Numbered from the stretch's first letter, positions 1 to 10,023 are shown. The stretch is 46,497 nucleotides of DNA from Propionibacteriaceae bacterium (GCA_035535395.1 DATLQC010000164.1:1-46497); one strand, 5' to 3'. Numbers and translations: made by a program. The notes: generated from the sequence alone by a model not told the origin.

Positions 1-735
1 ATCGTACCGTTCGTCGCTCTCTTTCCCGGTGCGGTATGGATGGCGGTGTCAGCGGATGGTCTGTTTGCCGGCGTCGCAGTCAGTGGGCTGGCATTGGTGT
101 GCCGAGGTGCCGTACGCGGCCGAATCTTCGCAAGCCTGGCGGGAGGCCTGCTGCTCGGCACAGCAGTGTTCTTGTCGTACGGGCTGGTGCTTTTCGGGCT
201 CGTCGTTCTCCTCGCCATGCTCCTGACCGTCCGTCAACGGGGGCTGCGGCCGACTGTGGCGCCGTGGTTGGTGGCCACGATCGGATTCGTCGCGGTTGCG
301 GCCGTTCATCTAGCCCTCGGCTTCAACTGGCTGAGCGGATTGTTGGCCTTGCGCGTCCGCTATTACCAGGGCATCGCCAGCCAGCGTCCGTTCTCATACT
401 TCCTCTACGCCAATCTCGCCGCCTGGCTCATCAGCTGCTCACCGCTGCTGGCAATTGGCATCTCGCGATCGATCGCGACCCTAGCCCGAGGACGCCTCGG
501 GTCATGGACGCAGGACCGGATCGTGGCCTTGCTGGCGCTCTCCGGCGTCCTTGCGGCGTTGATCGCCGATCTTTCCGCGCTGTCGAAAGCCGAGACCGAG
601 CGAATCTGGCTGTCATTCGGGGTGATCGCCTACTCGGGTCTGGCGCTGCTCCGTGATCGTTGGGCTTCATCGGCCCTGGTGGCCAGCGCGGTGTGGGGTC
701 TGCTGGTCAACCACCTGCTGAACACCGGATGGTGA
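1..735 (+). CDS. Polytopic membrane protein, 5'-truncated (actinobacterial glycosyltransferase-like/hypothetical membrane family)
   Basis: Frame is open from base 1; many hydrophobic helices; C-terminal 'SKAETERIWL' motif typical of this actinobacterial membrane family. Confidence 0.6.
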   Translation: MVPFVALFPGAVWMAVSADGLFAGVAVSGLALVCRGAVRGRIFASLAGGLLLGTAVFLSYGLVLFGLVVLLAMLLTVRQRGLRPTVAPWLVATIGFVAVAAVHLALGFNWLSGLLALRVRYYQGIASQRPFSYFLYANLAAWLISCSPLLAIGISRSIATLARGRLGSWTQDRIVALLALSGVLAALIADLSALSKAETERIWLSFGVIAYSGLALLRDRWASSALVASAVWGLLVNHLLNTGW

Positions 736-739
736 GCAG

Positions 740-1171
740 TCACCGCTCGTAGATGACGAACGACGTCCTGTGGCCGAGGGTGTCGTACAGGGAGCGTGCG
801 GGGGCGTTGTACTCCTGAGTGAGCCAATAGACCCTGCCTGCGCCCGACTCATCCGCGAACGCATAGACGGCCTCGATCAGCCCACGCCCGATACCGCTGC
901 CGCGCCACGGCTTGGCGATGTAAAGGTCCTCCAAGTAACAGGACGGGCGTAGCGCCCACGTCGTGGGATGCAGGATTACGTGCGCGAGCCCGACGAGCTC
1001 ACCCTGCTGCTCAGCGACGAGGCCATGAACCCCCGACCTCGCATCGAATAACGCTTCCCAGGTCCGCTCGGTGACTTCCGGCGCGAGTGCGGCACGGTAG
1101 AACGCCAGGTAGCCCTGCCACAACGGCTCCCAGCCTGCGCGGTCATCCGCGCGGATAGCTCTGATGATCAT
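740..1171 (-). CDS. GNAT family N-acetyltransferase
   Basis: 'CYLEDLYIAKPWRGSGIGRGLIEAV' acetyl-CoA motif A and 'YWLTQEYNAPARSLY'; start taken at MIIRAI. Confidence 0.9.
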   Translation of the reverse strand: MIIRAIRADDRAGWEPLWQGYLAFYRAALAPEVTERTWEALFDARSGVHGLVAEQQGELVGLAHVILHPTTWALRPSCYLEDLYIAKPWRGSGIGRGLIEAVYAFADESGAGRVYWLTQEYNAPARSLYDTLGHRTSFVIYER

Positions 1172-1274
1172 GTCGGTGATGATGTGGCACCTGCCCTTCG
1201 TGGTCCAGTTCCGATCTATCACATGTCGTCGACCAGATGCTCGGATAGGCGATTCATGACCTTAGGCTTGGCGG

Positions 1275-1901
1275 ATGACTGCGTCCATGATCATCGCGTT
1301 CGCTGGTCTCTGTCTGTTGCTGGCGATGACTCCTGGCCCAGACTCCTTTCTGGTCTTGCGCTTCAGCCTTCAGAGCCCTCGATCAGGGGTGGCCGCGGCT
1401 GCTGGGTCGGCGCTCGGATCACTGATCTGGGCGTTCGCCGTTGCCGTCGGGTTGGCCTCGCTGCTCGAGCAGTCCGCCACCGCGTACCGGATCGTCAAGA
1501 TCGCGGGCGGGCTATACCTGATCTATCTCGGCCTTCGGGCCCTGCTTCGCCGACGGCATGACGTGTCATCCGATCTATCAGAGCGCCCGACACGCGCTCA
1601 AACATCGGTTAGTGCATTCGGCTCCGGATTGCTTTCGTGTGCGCTGAACCCCAAGGTCGGTCTGTTCTTCCTCGCGATCGTGCCGCAATTCGTTCCGCCT
1701 CACTCGTCTCTGTTCACGACTGTGCTGACGCTCGGCGTGATCGATACCGCCGTGGCTTTTGCCTGGCTGTTGGTTATCGCTTTCTTTGCAGCGCGGGCCG
1801 TCGGCTGGCTCCGCCGGCCGCGCATGACCACGCTGCTGAACCGGGTCAGCGCGGCTGTCCTCGCCGCCTTCGGTGTCGTAACGGTGGCAAGCGCCGAATA
1901 G
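1275..1901 (+). CDS. LysE/RhtB family amino acid exporter
   Basis: 'TPGPD' N-terminal motif, 'GGLYLIYLG', 'LNPKVGLFF'. Confidence 0.92.
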   Translation: MTASMIIAFAGLCLLLAMTPGPDSFLVLRFSLQSPRSGVAAAAGSALGSLIWAFAVAVGLASLLEQSATAYRIVKIAGGLYLIYLGLRALLRRRHDVSSDLSERPTRAQTSVSAFGSGLLSCALNPKVGLFFLAIVPQFVPPHSSLFTTVLTLGVIDTAVAFAWLLVIAFFAARAVGWLRRPRMTTLLNRVSAAVLAAFGVVTVASAE

Positions 1902-1952
1902 CGCGGGCACTCGCTAAGGTCGCACCAAACCCACTGGCGAAGGAGCGCGGCC

Positions 1953-2183
1953 ATGAATGGTCATGTGTACGGACTGTCCGAGATTGTTGGTACCTCAAGC
2001 CAAGGAGTCGATGACGCGATCCGCGTTGCGGTGGAGCGCGCGGCACGTACGCTGCGCGGCCTCGACTGGTTTGAGGTCAGCGATATCCGCGGACACCTTG
2101 TCGATAACGAGATCGAGCACTTCCAAGTCACGCTCAAGATCGGGTTCCGCATGGAGGACCCACAGCAGACCCGGAGCGCCTGA
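1953..2183 (+). CDS. Dodecin (flavin-binding protein)
   Basis: 76 aa; 'VY..SEIVGTS', 'A.RTLRGLDWFEV', 'FQVTLKIGFR'; RBS aaggag upstream. Confidence 0.93.
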   Translation: MNGHVYGLSEIVGTSSQGVDDAIRVAVERAARTLRGLDWFEVSDIRGHLVDNEIEHFQVTLKIGFRMEDPQQTRSA

Positions 2184-2204
2184 CTCGGAGAAGATCCGCT
2201 CAGG

Positions 2205-3356
2205 TTAGGCGCGGGCCAATTCGACCAACGCAGGTACCACCTCAGCAGGTTCAGGCATGGAGGCGATCTCGTCGCGCAACCGAGCGGCCGCTTGACGTTC
2301 CGGGCAATCGCCGAGGAGCGCCCGCACGGCTTCCTCAATCGCCCCGGACTGCTGCGCATCGTTCGTCAGTGCGCGGACCGCGCCTGCCGCTGTCAACATC
2401 TCCGCGTTGACGAACTGATCAGCCCCTTGCGGGAGCAGCAGCTGCGGTAGTCCAACCTCGAGCGCACCCAGCACAGTCCCTGTGCCACCGTGATGCACGA
2501 TGAGATCAACTTGCGGCAGCACTTCGGACTGCGTCACGAACCGCTCGATGTGCACATTGTCCGGAAGTTCACCGAGCGCGGCCGGCTCGCCTTCCGGACC
2601 GACCGCGACCAAGATCTCGACGTCAAGCGGTGCGATCTCAGTGATCGCCCGGATGAGCACCTCAACCGCGCCGAAGGAGACCGTGCCCAGTGTCAGGTAG
2701 ACGCGAGGTCGGGTGCGCGGAGCCTTGAGCCAGGCGGGTACGTCTGCGTTTGATTCGTTGTAGGCCACGGATCTGATGGGAATCATCGGAACGCCGGTCC
2801 CGCTCGTTCGACCGATACTCGGTGGCGCCGGGTTGATCAACGCCGCGGCCAGCAGGCCGTTTCCCTCAGGCGGCGTACGGTCCCGTCGCAGCCAGATGTC
2901 GCGCTGGTAGCCAACCGTCACTGGATGCAGTGCGCTGTAGATAGTCGTCGTCAGCGCAATGGCGTACGCCGCGGCCGGAATCCTGAGCACACTTGCGGCG
3001 ACGCCAGCGCCGGTGTTCATGCCCTCAAAGATCACAAGATCAGGATGCATTCGTTCACATTGTTCGATCATGGTTGGGGCGACGTTCTCGGCAGTAACAT
3101 CGGCGAACATCGCCATACTGAACGTGTTGCCGGTCAGGTCAGGATGGCGTCGCTTGGCCTCCTGGATTGCCCAGCCCAGCTGCATATCCGGGGGATATCC
3201 GCGAACGGTTGGCAGCGGCAAACGGCCCAGAAACGGTGGCCCTGCGGCGATCACGGTCTCGTGCCCCGCAGCCGCGCAAGCGAGCGCGAGCGGCATCATC
3301 GGATATAGATGCCCATATGCGCCGAGCGAGGAGAACATGATCTTCACGTTGCCCAT
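2205..3356 (-). CDS. GT1 family NDP-glycosyltransferase (MGT/EryCIII-like)
   Basis: 'GAYGHLYPMMPLA', 'VYLTLGT', 'HHGGTGT', 'PQGADQ'; start set at MGNVKIM, not at the 3728 start in the ORF track. Confidence 0.9.
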   Translation of the reverse strand: MGNVKIMFSSLGAYGHLYPMMPLALACAAAGHETVIAAGPPFLGRLPLPTVRGYPPDMQLGWAIQEAKRRHPDLTGNTFSMAMFADVTAENVAPTMIEQCERMHPDLVIFEGMNTGAGVAASVLRIPAAAYAIALTTTIYSALHPVTVGYQRDIWLRRDRTPPEGNGLLAAALINPAPPSIGRTSGTGVPMIPIRSVAYNESNADVPAWLKAPRTRPRVYLTLGTVSFGAVEVLIRAITEIAPLDVEILVAVGPEGEPAALGELPDNVHIERFVTQSEVLPQVDLIVHHGGTGTVLGALEVGLPQLLLPQGADQFVNAEMLTAAGAVRALTNDAQQSGAIEEAVRALLGDCPERQAAARLRDEIASMPEPAEVVPALVELARA

Positions 3357-3395
3357 GGTCTCATGCGTCGACACCGTGGCTGCGATCATGAACTC

Positions 3396-4040
3396 ATGTC
3401 CACACTGGCTCTGACGCCTGATGAGTTGCTGACAACGACCCGTTCGGTTCGCAAGCGCCTTGACTTCACCCGTCCGGTGCCTCTTGACCTGGTACGCGAG
3501 TGCCTGGAAATCGCCCTGCAGGCCCCCTCGGGCTCGAATCGGCAGACCTGACATTGGGTGGTGATCACTGACGAGAATCTCCGTCGCGTGATCGGCGATT
3601 ACTACCGACAGGTGGTTGCGTCGTGTCTCACGTCGCCGGGTTCTGCGGCGGCACTCTTTGCCGACGATCCGGAGCGCAGCGCAGTCCAGCAACGCGTGGG
3701 AGACAGCGTCGCCTATCTCGGCGAGCACATGGGTGAGGCGCCCGTACTCGTCATTCCCTGCATCACTGCGCGAAGGCTGGCGCCGGGAAGCGAAGCCGGA
3801 TTGTGGGGTTCACTGTTGCCGGCAGCCTGGAGTTACATGCTGGCAGCTCGCGCTCGCGGATTGGGGACCGCATGGACAACACTGCATTTGCGGTATGAGA
3901 AGGAGATCTCAGACCTGGTTGGGATGCCCGCGGATGTCCGGCAGGGCGCGCTCATACCCACCGCCTATTACACGGGTGACACCTTCAAGCCAGCGCCTCG
4001 TCAGCCGTTGGACAGCGCGCTCCACATCGACGGTTGGTAA
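3396..4040 (+). pseudogene. Nitroreductase family gene interrupted by an in-frame TGA at 3549-3551
   Basis: ORFs 3309-3551 and 3558-4040 share one frame: 'TTRSVRK...APSGSNRQT*HWVVITD...LAARARGLGTAWTT'; the stop falls where a Trp is expected. Confidence 0.8.
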
Positions 4041-4067
4041 TCAAGACTTTCTGGCGGCGGCCCTCCA

Positions 4068-4305
4068 TCATCCAAGCGCTGGCACGATCACATCGTTCAC
4101 CCAAAGCCACATGTCGCTTCCATCAAGTCCCATGTCACCGATGGGTACTGAACCGATGGCGACGACCAGCTGGTGTTCGGGTACGACCGCAATGAGCTGC
4201 GCGACCTTGAGCAGCCAGCAGATATCGGCATCGGGCTCTGGCAACGCTTCAAACTCGGCAACAATGTCGACGATCACGTTCCCAAGGTTGCCAACGCATG
4301 ATCAT
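4068..4305 (-). pseudogene. Probable N-terminal remnant of a PfkB family carbohydrate kinase
   Basis: ATGA overlap with the upstream gene; 'NLGNVIVDIVAEFEALPEPDADI' resembles a PfkB N-terminus but is out of frame with the ATG; no C-terminal DTxGAGD motif. Confidence 0.5.
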
Positions 4306-5303
4306 GGACCGATACGCAGCGCGAGCAGCTTGTCGGCGACCGTCTCCAAGTCCAGGTTGTTGATCTCGCGTACGGTCTGCACGGCGTTCTCAGGCCAGCG
4401 ATCGATGCCAAGGCAGGCGCCGGCGATGGCGCCGGTCATGGCGGCAATCGTGTCACTGTCGCCGCCGAGTGATGCTGCTGTCAGGCAGGCCTGCCACGGG
4501 TCATCGGGATGCAGCGCCAGGATGGCAAAGGCGGCAGGTACCGATTCCTGTGTGGCGATGCTGGTGCCGACCAGCTCGACCACATCGCGCACCGAACGAT
4601 CCTGATCACCAGAGTCGACCAGATCTACAGCCCACGGGATCCGGCGGGAGACAGTCGCGCCGGCCACCCACTCGCCCTGTTGCTGACCCAGCTCGGCGGC
4701 GCGAATAGCTAGCTCCGTAGCCTCAGCGACGGATGCCCCGCTGATGCCTCCGCTGATGGCCGCCGCTACAGCTGCCGCGCCGGCGATCGCCACATTCGTA
4801 TAGTGCGTCACCCGCGATGCCTCAACGACAAGATCAACAAGCGCAGCAAGATCATCTGGAACGGCGACCAGGCCAACCGGAGTGACCCGCATCGCCGCGC
4901 CGTTGGTAGCTGCGGACCGTCCGAACACATCCAGCGGGCCGTCAGCAACCAATGCCGTCACGGCCGCACTGGTCGAGGGGCCCAGCAGGTCAAGCGATCC
5001 CCGTTCCCGCGCGTGTTCGGCCCACGCCAGCAGCCGGCGGGCGAGATCTTCGCTGTCGACGTGGCCGCTTCCCGCCAGCAAGGTATCGGCCAGCAGCAGT
5101 GCCTGCTCGGTGTCATTCGTTATCGACCCGGCCGGGAGTCCGGCGGCGATCCTGTGATCGGAAGGCGCGTCCCGGAAGCCATCAAGAAGGCCAAACTGCG
5201 CCGCGACTTCATCCCGCGACAGCATCTGGGTCGGCATCCCGAGTGCGTCGCCGATCGCAAGACCGTACAACGCACCGCGGGCGCGGTCGGCGGTCGATGT
5301 CAT
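4302..5303 (-). CDS. ADP-ribosylglycohydrolase family protein (YegU-like)
   Basis: 'GLAIGDALGMPT', 'TNGAAMR', 'GGDSDTIAAMTGAIAGA'; the usual TDDT reads TNDT. Confidence 0.9.
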   Translation of the reverse strand: MTSTADRARGALYGLAIGDALGMPTQMLSRDEVAAQFGLLDGFRDAPSDHRIAAGLPAGSITNDTEQALLLADTLLAGSGHVDSEDLARRLLAWAEHARERGSLDLLGPSTSAAVTALVADGPLDVFGRSAATNGAAMRVTPVGLVAVPDDLAALVDLVVEASRVTHYTNVAIAGAAAVAAAISGGISGASVAEATELAIRAAELGQQQGEWVAGATVSRRIPWAVDLVDSGDQDRSVRDVVELVGTSIATQESVPAAFAILALHPDDPWQACLTAASLGGDSDTIAAMTGAIAGACLGIDRWPENAVQTVREINNLDLETVADKLLALRIGP

Positions 5304-5884
5304 GTGGCCAGCGACGCGAGAACCGTGTCCACGTCTGCGACGTCGATCATCGGGCTATAGAGCGCCATCGCGTCGAGGGCGCGCTGGTGATCATTCTGGG
5401 TGACGCCGGCGCAGGCATCGCCAACAACCGTGACGTGAACCCCGGCGTCACACGCCGGCAGCGCCGTGGAGAGTACACAACAGTCGGTAGTGACACCGGC
5501 AAGCACGATCTCTTGAGGATGCCCGAGCAAACGGTCGATCTCGGCATCCCATTTGCCGAAGGTAGGCCGATCGACCATGATCGCCGGCACTGACAGGAAT
5601 TCATCGCTGAGCTCATACAGCGGTGCATTTACCGGGTCGAGAGCAAATGGCCACTTCTCGTAATAGGTGGTCCAGACACCTGTCGGGGAGGACGGGGCCA
5701 GGAAGCGTGTGAAGCAGACTCGGGACTCAAAGCGGCCTAGCAAGCGCTGAATTCCAGCGGAAGCCACTGCATAGCCAGGGGTTGCCCATTCACTGGTCGG
5801 TTCGGCGAAGATCCGCTGCATATCAATGATCAACAGCCAGGGATCGGTCTGCGCCCTTGCGGGCAGTTGGATATTCGACGTCAT
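5300..5884 (-). CDS. Isochorismatase-family cysteine hydrolase
   Basis: 'LLIIDMQ', 'LAGVTTDCCVLSTA', 'VVGDACAG'; ATGA-coupled to both neighbours. Confidence 0.9.
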   Translation of the reverse strand: MTSNIQLPARAQTDPWLLIIDMQRIFAEPTSEWATPGYAVASAGIQRLLGRFESRVCFTRFLAPSSPTGVWTTYYEKWPFALDPVNAPLYELSDEFLSVPAIMVDRPTFGKWDAEIDRLLGHPQEIVLAGVTTDCCVLSTALPACDAGVHVTVVGDACAGVTQNDHQRALDAMALYSPMIDVADVDTVLASLAT

Positions 5885-7392
5885 TCGATAGTTGCCGCCT
5901 CCAGGTCGACAGGAGATAGTGGTTGATCTTCTTGGGTACGTACGGCTCGACGGCCAAGCACTAGCATGCCGACAAAGCCGATCAGTAGCGCAGCGAGCAC
6001 CCCGAGGTTCGCGTACGCCCAAGAACCTTCCCGACCGCCAAGGCCGAACGGGCCGAGCAGATATCCCTGCCACGCCAGCCAGTCTGCGAAGGAATTCGTG
6101 ACCAAACCCCAGCCGACGACAGCGCCGATCACCAGCAGCGCCAGGGATAGCGGACGGAGACTGCCGTAACGGCCACGCGGGTCGAGAAGCTCCGAGCCGG
6201 CGTACGGCTTGCGGCGCAGCGCGAAGTCGCCGAGGAAGATCCCACACCAGGCTGCGATCAGCACACCCAAGGTGATCAAGAAACCCTGGAACGGACCGAT
6301 AAAGCTATCGGCGATGAACACCAAGTAGATGGAACCGGCGATCATCAAGACGCCGTCGATGGCTGCCGCCAGGAAGCGAGGCACTGGCAGTCCCGCGCTA
6401 AGGAGGGCGAGACCGGAGGAATAAATGTCGAGAACAGCACCACCGACGAGGCCGAGCACCGCGACCAGTGCGAATGGCACCAGGAACCACGTGGGGAGCA
6501 AGGTGGTTAGCGCACCGATGGGGTCGGTAGCGACCGCGTCGCTCAGTTCTTGTGATGACCCGGCGAGCATCAGCCCGATGATCAACAACACTACCGGACC
6601 GAGTGACGCACCGAAGGTGGTCCAGCCAACTACGCCTGCACTTGAGGCGTGCCGGGGCAGGTAGCGCGAATAGTCACCAGCAGCGTTGACCCAGCCGAGC
6701 CCGAAGCCGGTCAACATGAAGACAAAGGCACCGATCAGCTGCGGAGTCGGACCTGCAGGTATCGCGGCGAGGGTGTCGAAGTTGATGTTGGAGGCTACCA
6801 AGATCACGTAGATTACGGTCAGCACCGCGGTGATCACAGTGATCCACATTTGCAGCTTCATGATGAATTCGAAGCCTAGAATTCCGCCGATCATGATGAG
6901 AAACGCCACCAGGACAAGTGCTGCCACCTTGGTGAAGAAGCCGCTGTGCCAGCCCAGCCTGGTGAAGACCGTTGCGGTAGCCAGTACCGCAAGTGAGGCA
7001 AGGACCGTCTCCCAGCCCACCAGCAGCAGCCAAGAGATCGCGGAGGGAACTCGGTTGCCGTTGACCCCGAATGCCGCCCTGCTCAACGTCATGGTCGGTG
7101 CATGTCCGCGCTTGCCAGACAGCGAGACCAGACCGCAGAACAGAAACGAGATAACGATGCCGATCACGCCGACAATGACTGCCTGGGGGAAGGAAATGCC
7201 GAAGCCCAGGAGAAAGGCTCCGTAGCTGATTCCCAGGACCGAGATGTTGGCAGCGAACCAGGGCCAGAACAGTTCTCGAGGCCTGCCGCGGTGCTCATGC
7301 ACGCTGATGGAATTGATGCCGTTCTGCTCGACTTCCAGCGCTCGAGGAGCTGTAGTCGGCGTATCGACCGGCGTTTCATCGGCTCTGGTCAT
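5881..7392 (-). CDS. NCS1 family purine/cytosine permease
   Basis: 'LFWPWFAANIS', 'SRAAFGVNG', 'AGDYSRYLP', 'DIYSSGL'; about 12 TM segments. Confidence 0.9.
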   Translation of the reverse strand: MTRADETPVDTPTTAPRALEVEQNGINSISVHEHRGRPRELFWPWFAANISVLGISYGAFLLGFGISFPQAVIVGVIGIVISFLFCGLVSLSGKRGHAPTMTLSRAAFGVNGNRVPSAISWLLLVGWETVLASLAVLATATVFTRLGWHSGFFTKVAALVLVAFLIMIGGILGFEFIMKLQMWITVITAVLTVIYVILVASNINFDTLAAIPAGPTPQLIGAFVFMLTGFGLGWVNAAGDYSRYLPRHASSAGVVGWTTFGASLGPVVLLIIGLMLAGSSQELSDAVATDPIGALTTLLPTWFLVPFALVAVLGLVGGAVLDIYSSGLALLSAGLPVPRFLAAAIDGVLMIAGSIYLVFIADSFIGPFQGFLITLGVLIAAWCGIFLGDFALRRKPYAGSELLDPRGRYGSLRPLSLALLVIGAVVGWGLVTNSFADWLAWQGYLLGPFGLGGREGSWAYANLGVLAALLIGFVGMLVLGRRAVRTQEDQPLSPVDLEAATIE

Positions 7393-7552
7393 GGCGGGAC
7401 CTTTCGGAAGGAACCTCTGCTACCGATCTTGCCGCATTCGCCGCCCCTAGCCTTCACCGCCGGGTGATCACCAGGAGCGCATTCGCACGGCGAGGCGCCC
7501 AAGGCCACGACGCAATCGTGATCTTGGAAGACCTATTCAGCTGGCAAGGAAC

Positions 7553-8053
7553 CTAGCTGCTTAGCGATATCGGACGACCTTCGGCATCGGTGAGGTCATG
7601 AGAGGCCATCTCCAGCAGCCGATCGGCCAACCCCCGCAAGGCACGGGCCACTGCCACCTCGTCGCCAACCTTGGGCAAGTCAGGATCGGCCGGACGGCGC
7701 CGAGCCTCCCCGTGCACATCGAGTGGACCTGGTACGTCGCTGCGCAACACGGCGTTGGCAGATGTGGCGTTCTCATCTTCGTAGAGGTAAATGTCTACAC
7801 TCCACGTCTTGGTTGGTTGCTGATGCGACTCCGCCTCCTGAGTCGGCTGACCTCCACCATCTCCGGTCTCGCGACTGACATGCTCGACATGGGCGTCCGG
7901 GCCAGGGAAGAACAGGCTCTCGTTGCCATCTGACCATCGCACTAAGTATGGGCCGCCGCCGCCTTCGCCAACCTGCAAAATTTCGCCGTCTCGGATCGGC
8001 CGGTGCAGGGTGCCCGAGGCCACCACGATCCGATCGCCGACCTCCGCCTTCAT
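7553..8053 (-). CDS. DUF1918 + DUF1876 (dsRBD-like fold) domain protein
   Basis: 'MKAEVGDRIVV...PYLVRWSDG...FPGPDA' followed by 'GEARRRPADP...GDEVAVARAL'; RBS aggagga. Confidence 0.8.
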   Translation of the reverse strand: MKAEVGDRIVVASGTLHRPIRDGEILQVGEGGGGPYLVRWSDGNESLFFPGPDAHVEHVSRETGDGGGQPTQEAESHQQPTKTWSVDIYLYEDENATSANAVLRSDVPGPLDVHGEARRRPADPDLPKVGDEVAVARALRGLADRLLEMASHDLTDAEGRPISLSS

Positions 8054-8160
8054 CGTGTCCTCCTGAGTGTGCCGGTGAATCGCTCGGTTTCGTTATTTCC
8101 AGCATTACCTAAAGCACTACTGCTGGACAGAGGTGTCCTGCAGGGTTTTTGATCAGTGTC

Positions 8161-9333
8161 ATGCAATTCGCTGATCAGGACGTCGAAGGTACGGTCGCTC
8201 CAGGCTTCGAGTCACTTGGTGAGGCATTCGCGCAAGTGCTCGAGGCATCACATGATCACGGTTGTGCACTCCACGTACGCCTCGACGGCAACGTCGTTGC
8301 GGATCTGTGGGGTGGCGACGCCTCGGCCGATCAACGGTGGCAAAACGACACGCCAAGCGTGATCTTCTCGTGCACCAAGGGGCTGGTTTCGATTCTGGCC
8401 GGTGAACTCGTACGGGAAGGCCGGCTCGATCTGGACGCGCCGGTGAGTACGTATTGGCCGGAATTCGATCGCCACGGCAAGGGCTCCATGCCCGTGCGGT
8501 GGTTGCTGTCACATCGGGCTGGCCTTCCTGCAGTCCGCGAGGATCTGCAGTTCAGCGATGTCGCGAACTGGGACCGGATCGCCGGGGTCCTTGCAGCGGA
8601 GGAACCACTCTTGCCGCCCGGGGGGACCCATCAGTACCACGCACTCACCTTCGGCTGGTTGGTCGGTGAGATCATTCGTCGCATTACCGGCAAGGGCGTG
8701 GCCGAGTTCTTTGCCGAGCGGATAGCCCAGCCGCTCGACGTCGCGGCCTGGATCGGGGTGCCCGAGGCAGTACTTCCTCGGGTGGCTCAGCTCTATGAGG
8801 CGTCACCTCCTCCTGATGCCCTTCCTCTTCCGCCGGGTACACGACCCGAACTCGCCGGCCTCAATGACAGAGCGATGACGCTGGGTTCGGCCTTTAACGT
8901 CGACTTTGGCGAAGAGAACACCGGATTCAACAGCGACGAAGTACGTCAAGCTGTGATTCCCGGCGCCGGAGGCATTGCCACGGCCCCGGCGCTCGCCACG
9001 ATCTGGAGCGCCACGGTCTCCAACGCGGAGGTGATTCGGCTGCTGAACGAGGAAGTGATCGCCGATATGTCACAAGAACAGAGTTCGGGGGAGCCGGCCG
9101 TTCCGCTCCCGGGTCCATGGGCACGATGGGGTTCAGGGTTCATGTTGTCCTCCGAAGTGCGACCGTTCCTCACCGATGCATCCTTTGGCCATGACGGAGT
9201 CGGCGGGCAAGTGGCATTCGCCGACCCTGAGTACAAAGTCGGATTCGCCTACCTCAGCAACGACCTACAACGCATCAACGACAAGCGAGCGGTACTGCTC
9301 GTGGAGGTACTGCGCGACCTGCTGCTGAGCTAG
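8161..9333 (+). CDS. Serine hydrolase, beta-lactamase-like (family VIII esterase type)
   Basis: SxxK motif 'FSCTKG', 'LLSHRAG', 'YHALTFG', 'FGHDGVGG'. Confidence 0.9.
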   Translation: MQFADQDVEGTVAPGFESLGEAFAQVLEASHDHGCALHVRLDGNVVADLWGGDASADQRWQNDTPSVIFSCTKGLVSILAGELVREGRLDLDAPVSTYWPEFDRHGKGSMPVRWLLSHRAGLPAVREDLQFSDVANWDRIAGVLAAEEPLLPPGGTHQYHALTFGWLVGEIIRRITGKGVAEFFAERIAQPLDVAAWIGVPEAVLPRVAQLYEASPPPDALPLPPGTRPELAGLNDRAMTLGSAFNVDFGEENTGFNSDEVRQAVIPGAGGIATAPALATIWSATVSNAEVIRLLNEEVIADMSQEQSSGEPAVPLPGPWARWGSGFMLSSEVRPFLTDASFGHDGVGGQVAFADPEYKVGFAYLSNDLQRINDKRAVLLVEVLRDLLLS

Positions 9334-9354
9334 CGATGCACGGATCCCCCCGCT

Positions 9355-9840
9355 TTACAGGTCGACGGCGCGGTTCTCGCCCAGGTCCGGCTGCTGCCCG
9401 GTGACGATCGCCTTGGCGTACTTGATTAAGGCGACCGGCTTGGGGTCGTCCATCTTCCAATACTCGGCCGAGTCGGCGTGCACGCGCAGCAGGGCGACTG
9501 CTGGGTCGTCCCGGCCGCCTTCGAACCAGGCCTCGGCGTACCGGTTCCAAAGCTCGTCGATCATTGTCTGGTCCCGGGACACCGAGGCCGTGCCGGCGAT
9601 GGACAGGAAGTCGTTTCCGATCTGCATGGCCACGTTGACCTGGTCGTTGACCCGCACCTCCTCGGTCTTCGATGACGGATCGGGAGTCAAGAACCACAGA
9701 TCACCGTCGAACGGTCGATCCAGCACGGCCAGCGGACGGCTGACAAGCCGACCGTCCGGCCCGACCGTGGTAACCAGAGCTGTCTTGGCGTCGGCGATCA
9801 GATCGGCGACCTGGGCAATCTCGTCTGAGTTGGCAGTCAT
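9355..9840 (-). CDS. General stress protein 26 / pyridoxamine 5'-phosphate oxidase-like protein
   Basis: 'LVSRPL', 'DLWFLT', 'ELWN...AWF..G.DDP', 'AEYW'. Confidence 0.85.
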   Translation of the reverse strand: MTANSDEIAQVADLIADAKTALVTTVGPDGRLVSRPLAVLDRPFDGDLWFLTPDPSSKTEEVRVNDQVNVAMQIGNDFLSIAGTASVSRDQTMIDELWNRYAEAWFEGGRDDPAVALLRVHADSAEYWKMDDPKPVALIKYAKAIVTGQQPDLGENRAVDL

Positions 9841-9999
9841 GTCCTCTGAACCTACCGGCAGCATGATTAGCACCGAAGATCAGGGAACTGACAAACACCA
9901 CACATGGAACGTGCCATGCTCGCTTTGTTGGCCTAGCGGGCTGAAGGCTCAGGGCACGGCCGAGTTATCTGACCGCAACCGAGGTGAGACCTGCTCGAT

Positions 10000-10023
10000 G
10001 TTTACGCCTGCGGCGCCAGGGTA
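10000..10023 (+). promoter_or_regulatory. SigF/SigB-type stress promoter upstream of the ABC operon
   Basis: GTTT-N15-GGGTA, 32 nt before the ATG at 10056. Confidence 0.6.

Noticed and set aside
3549-3551. TGA as selenocysteine
   Set aside because: The position corresponds to Trp, not Cys, in the nitroreductase motif, and I saw no convincing SECIS.
3357-3728. Long N-terminal extensions in the ORF track (this glycosyltransferase; also the ORFs starting at 6247, 20985, 25010 and 33225)
   Set aside because: The extensions overlap real neighbouring genes or promoters; family motifs and RBSs indicate later starts.
3616-4605. Long alternative-frame ORFs (e.g. 3616-4605, 23905-24672, 33722-34498, 45010-45828)
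   Set aside because: They overlap well-supported genes, have no recognisable motifs, and such shadow ORFs are expected in high-GC DNA.
7393-7552. Riboswitch upstream of the NCS1 permease
   Set aside because: I could not recognise a purine, TPP or other aptamer consensus on the minus strand.
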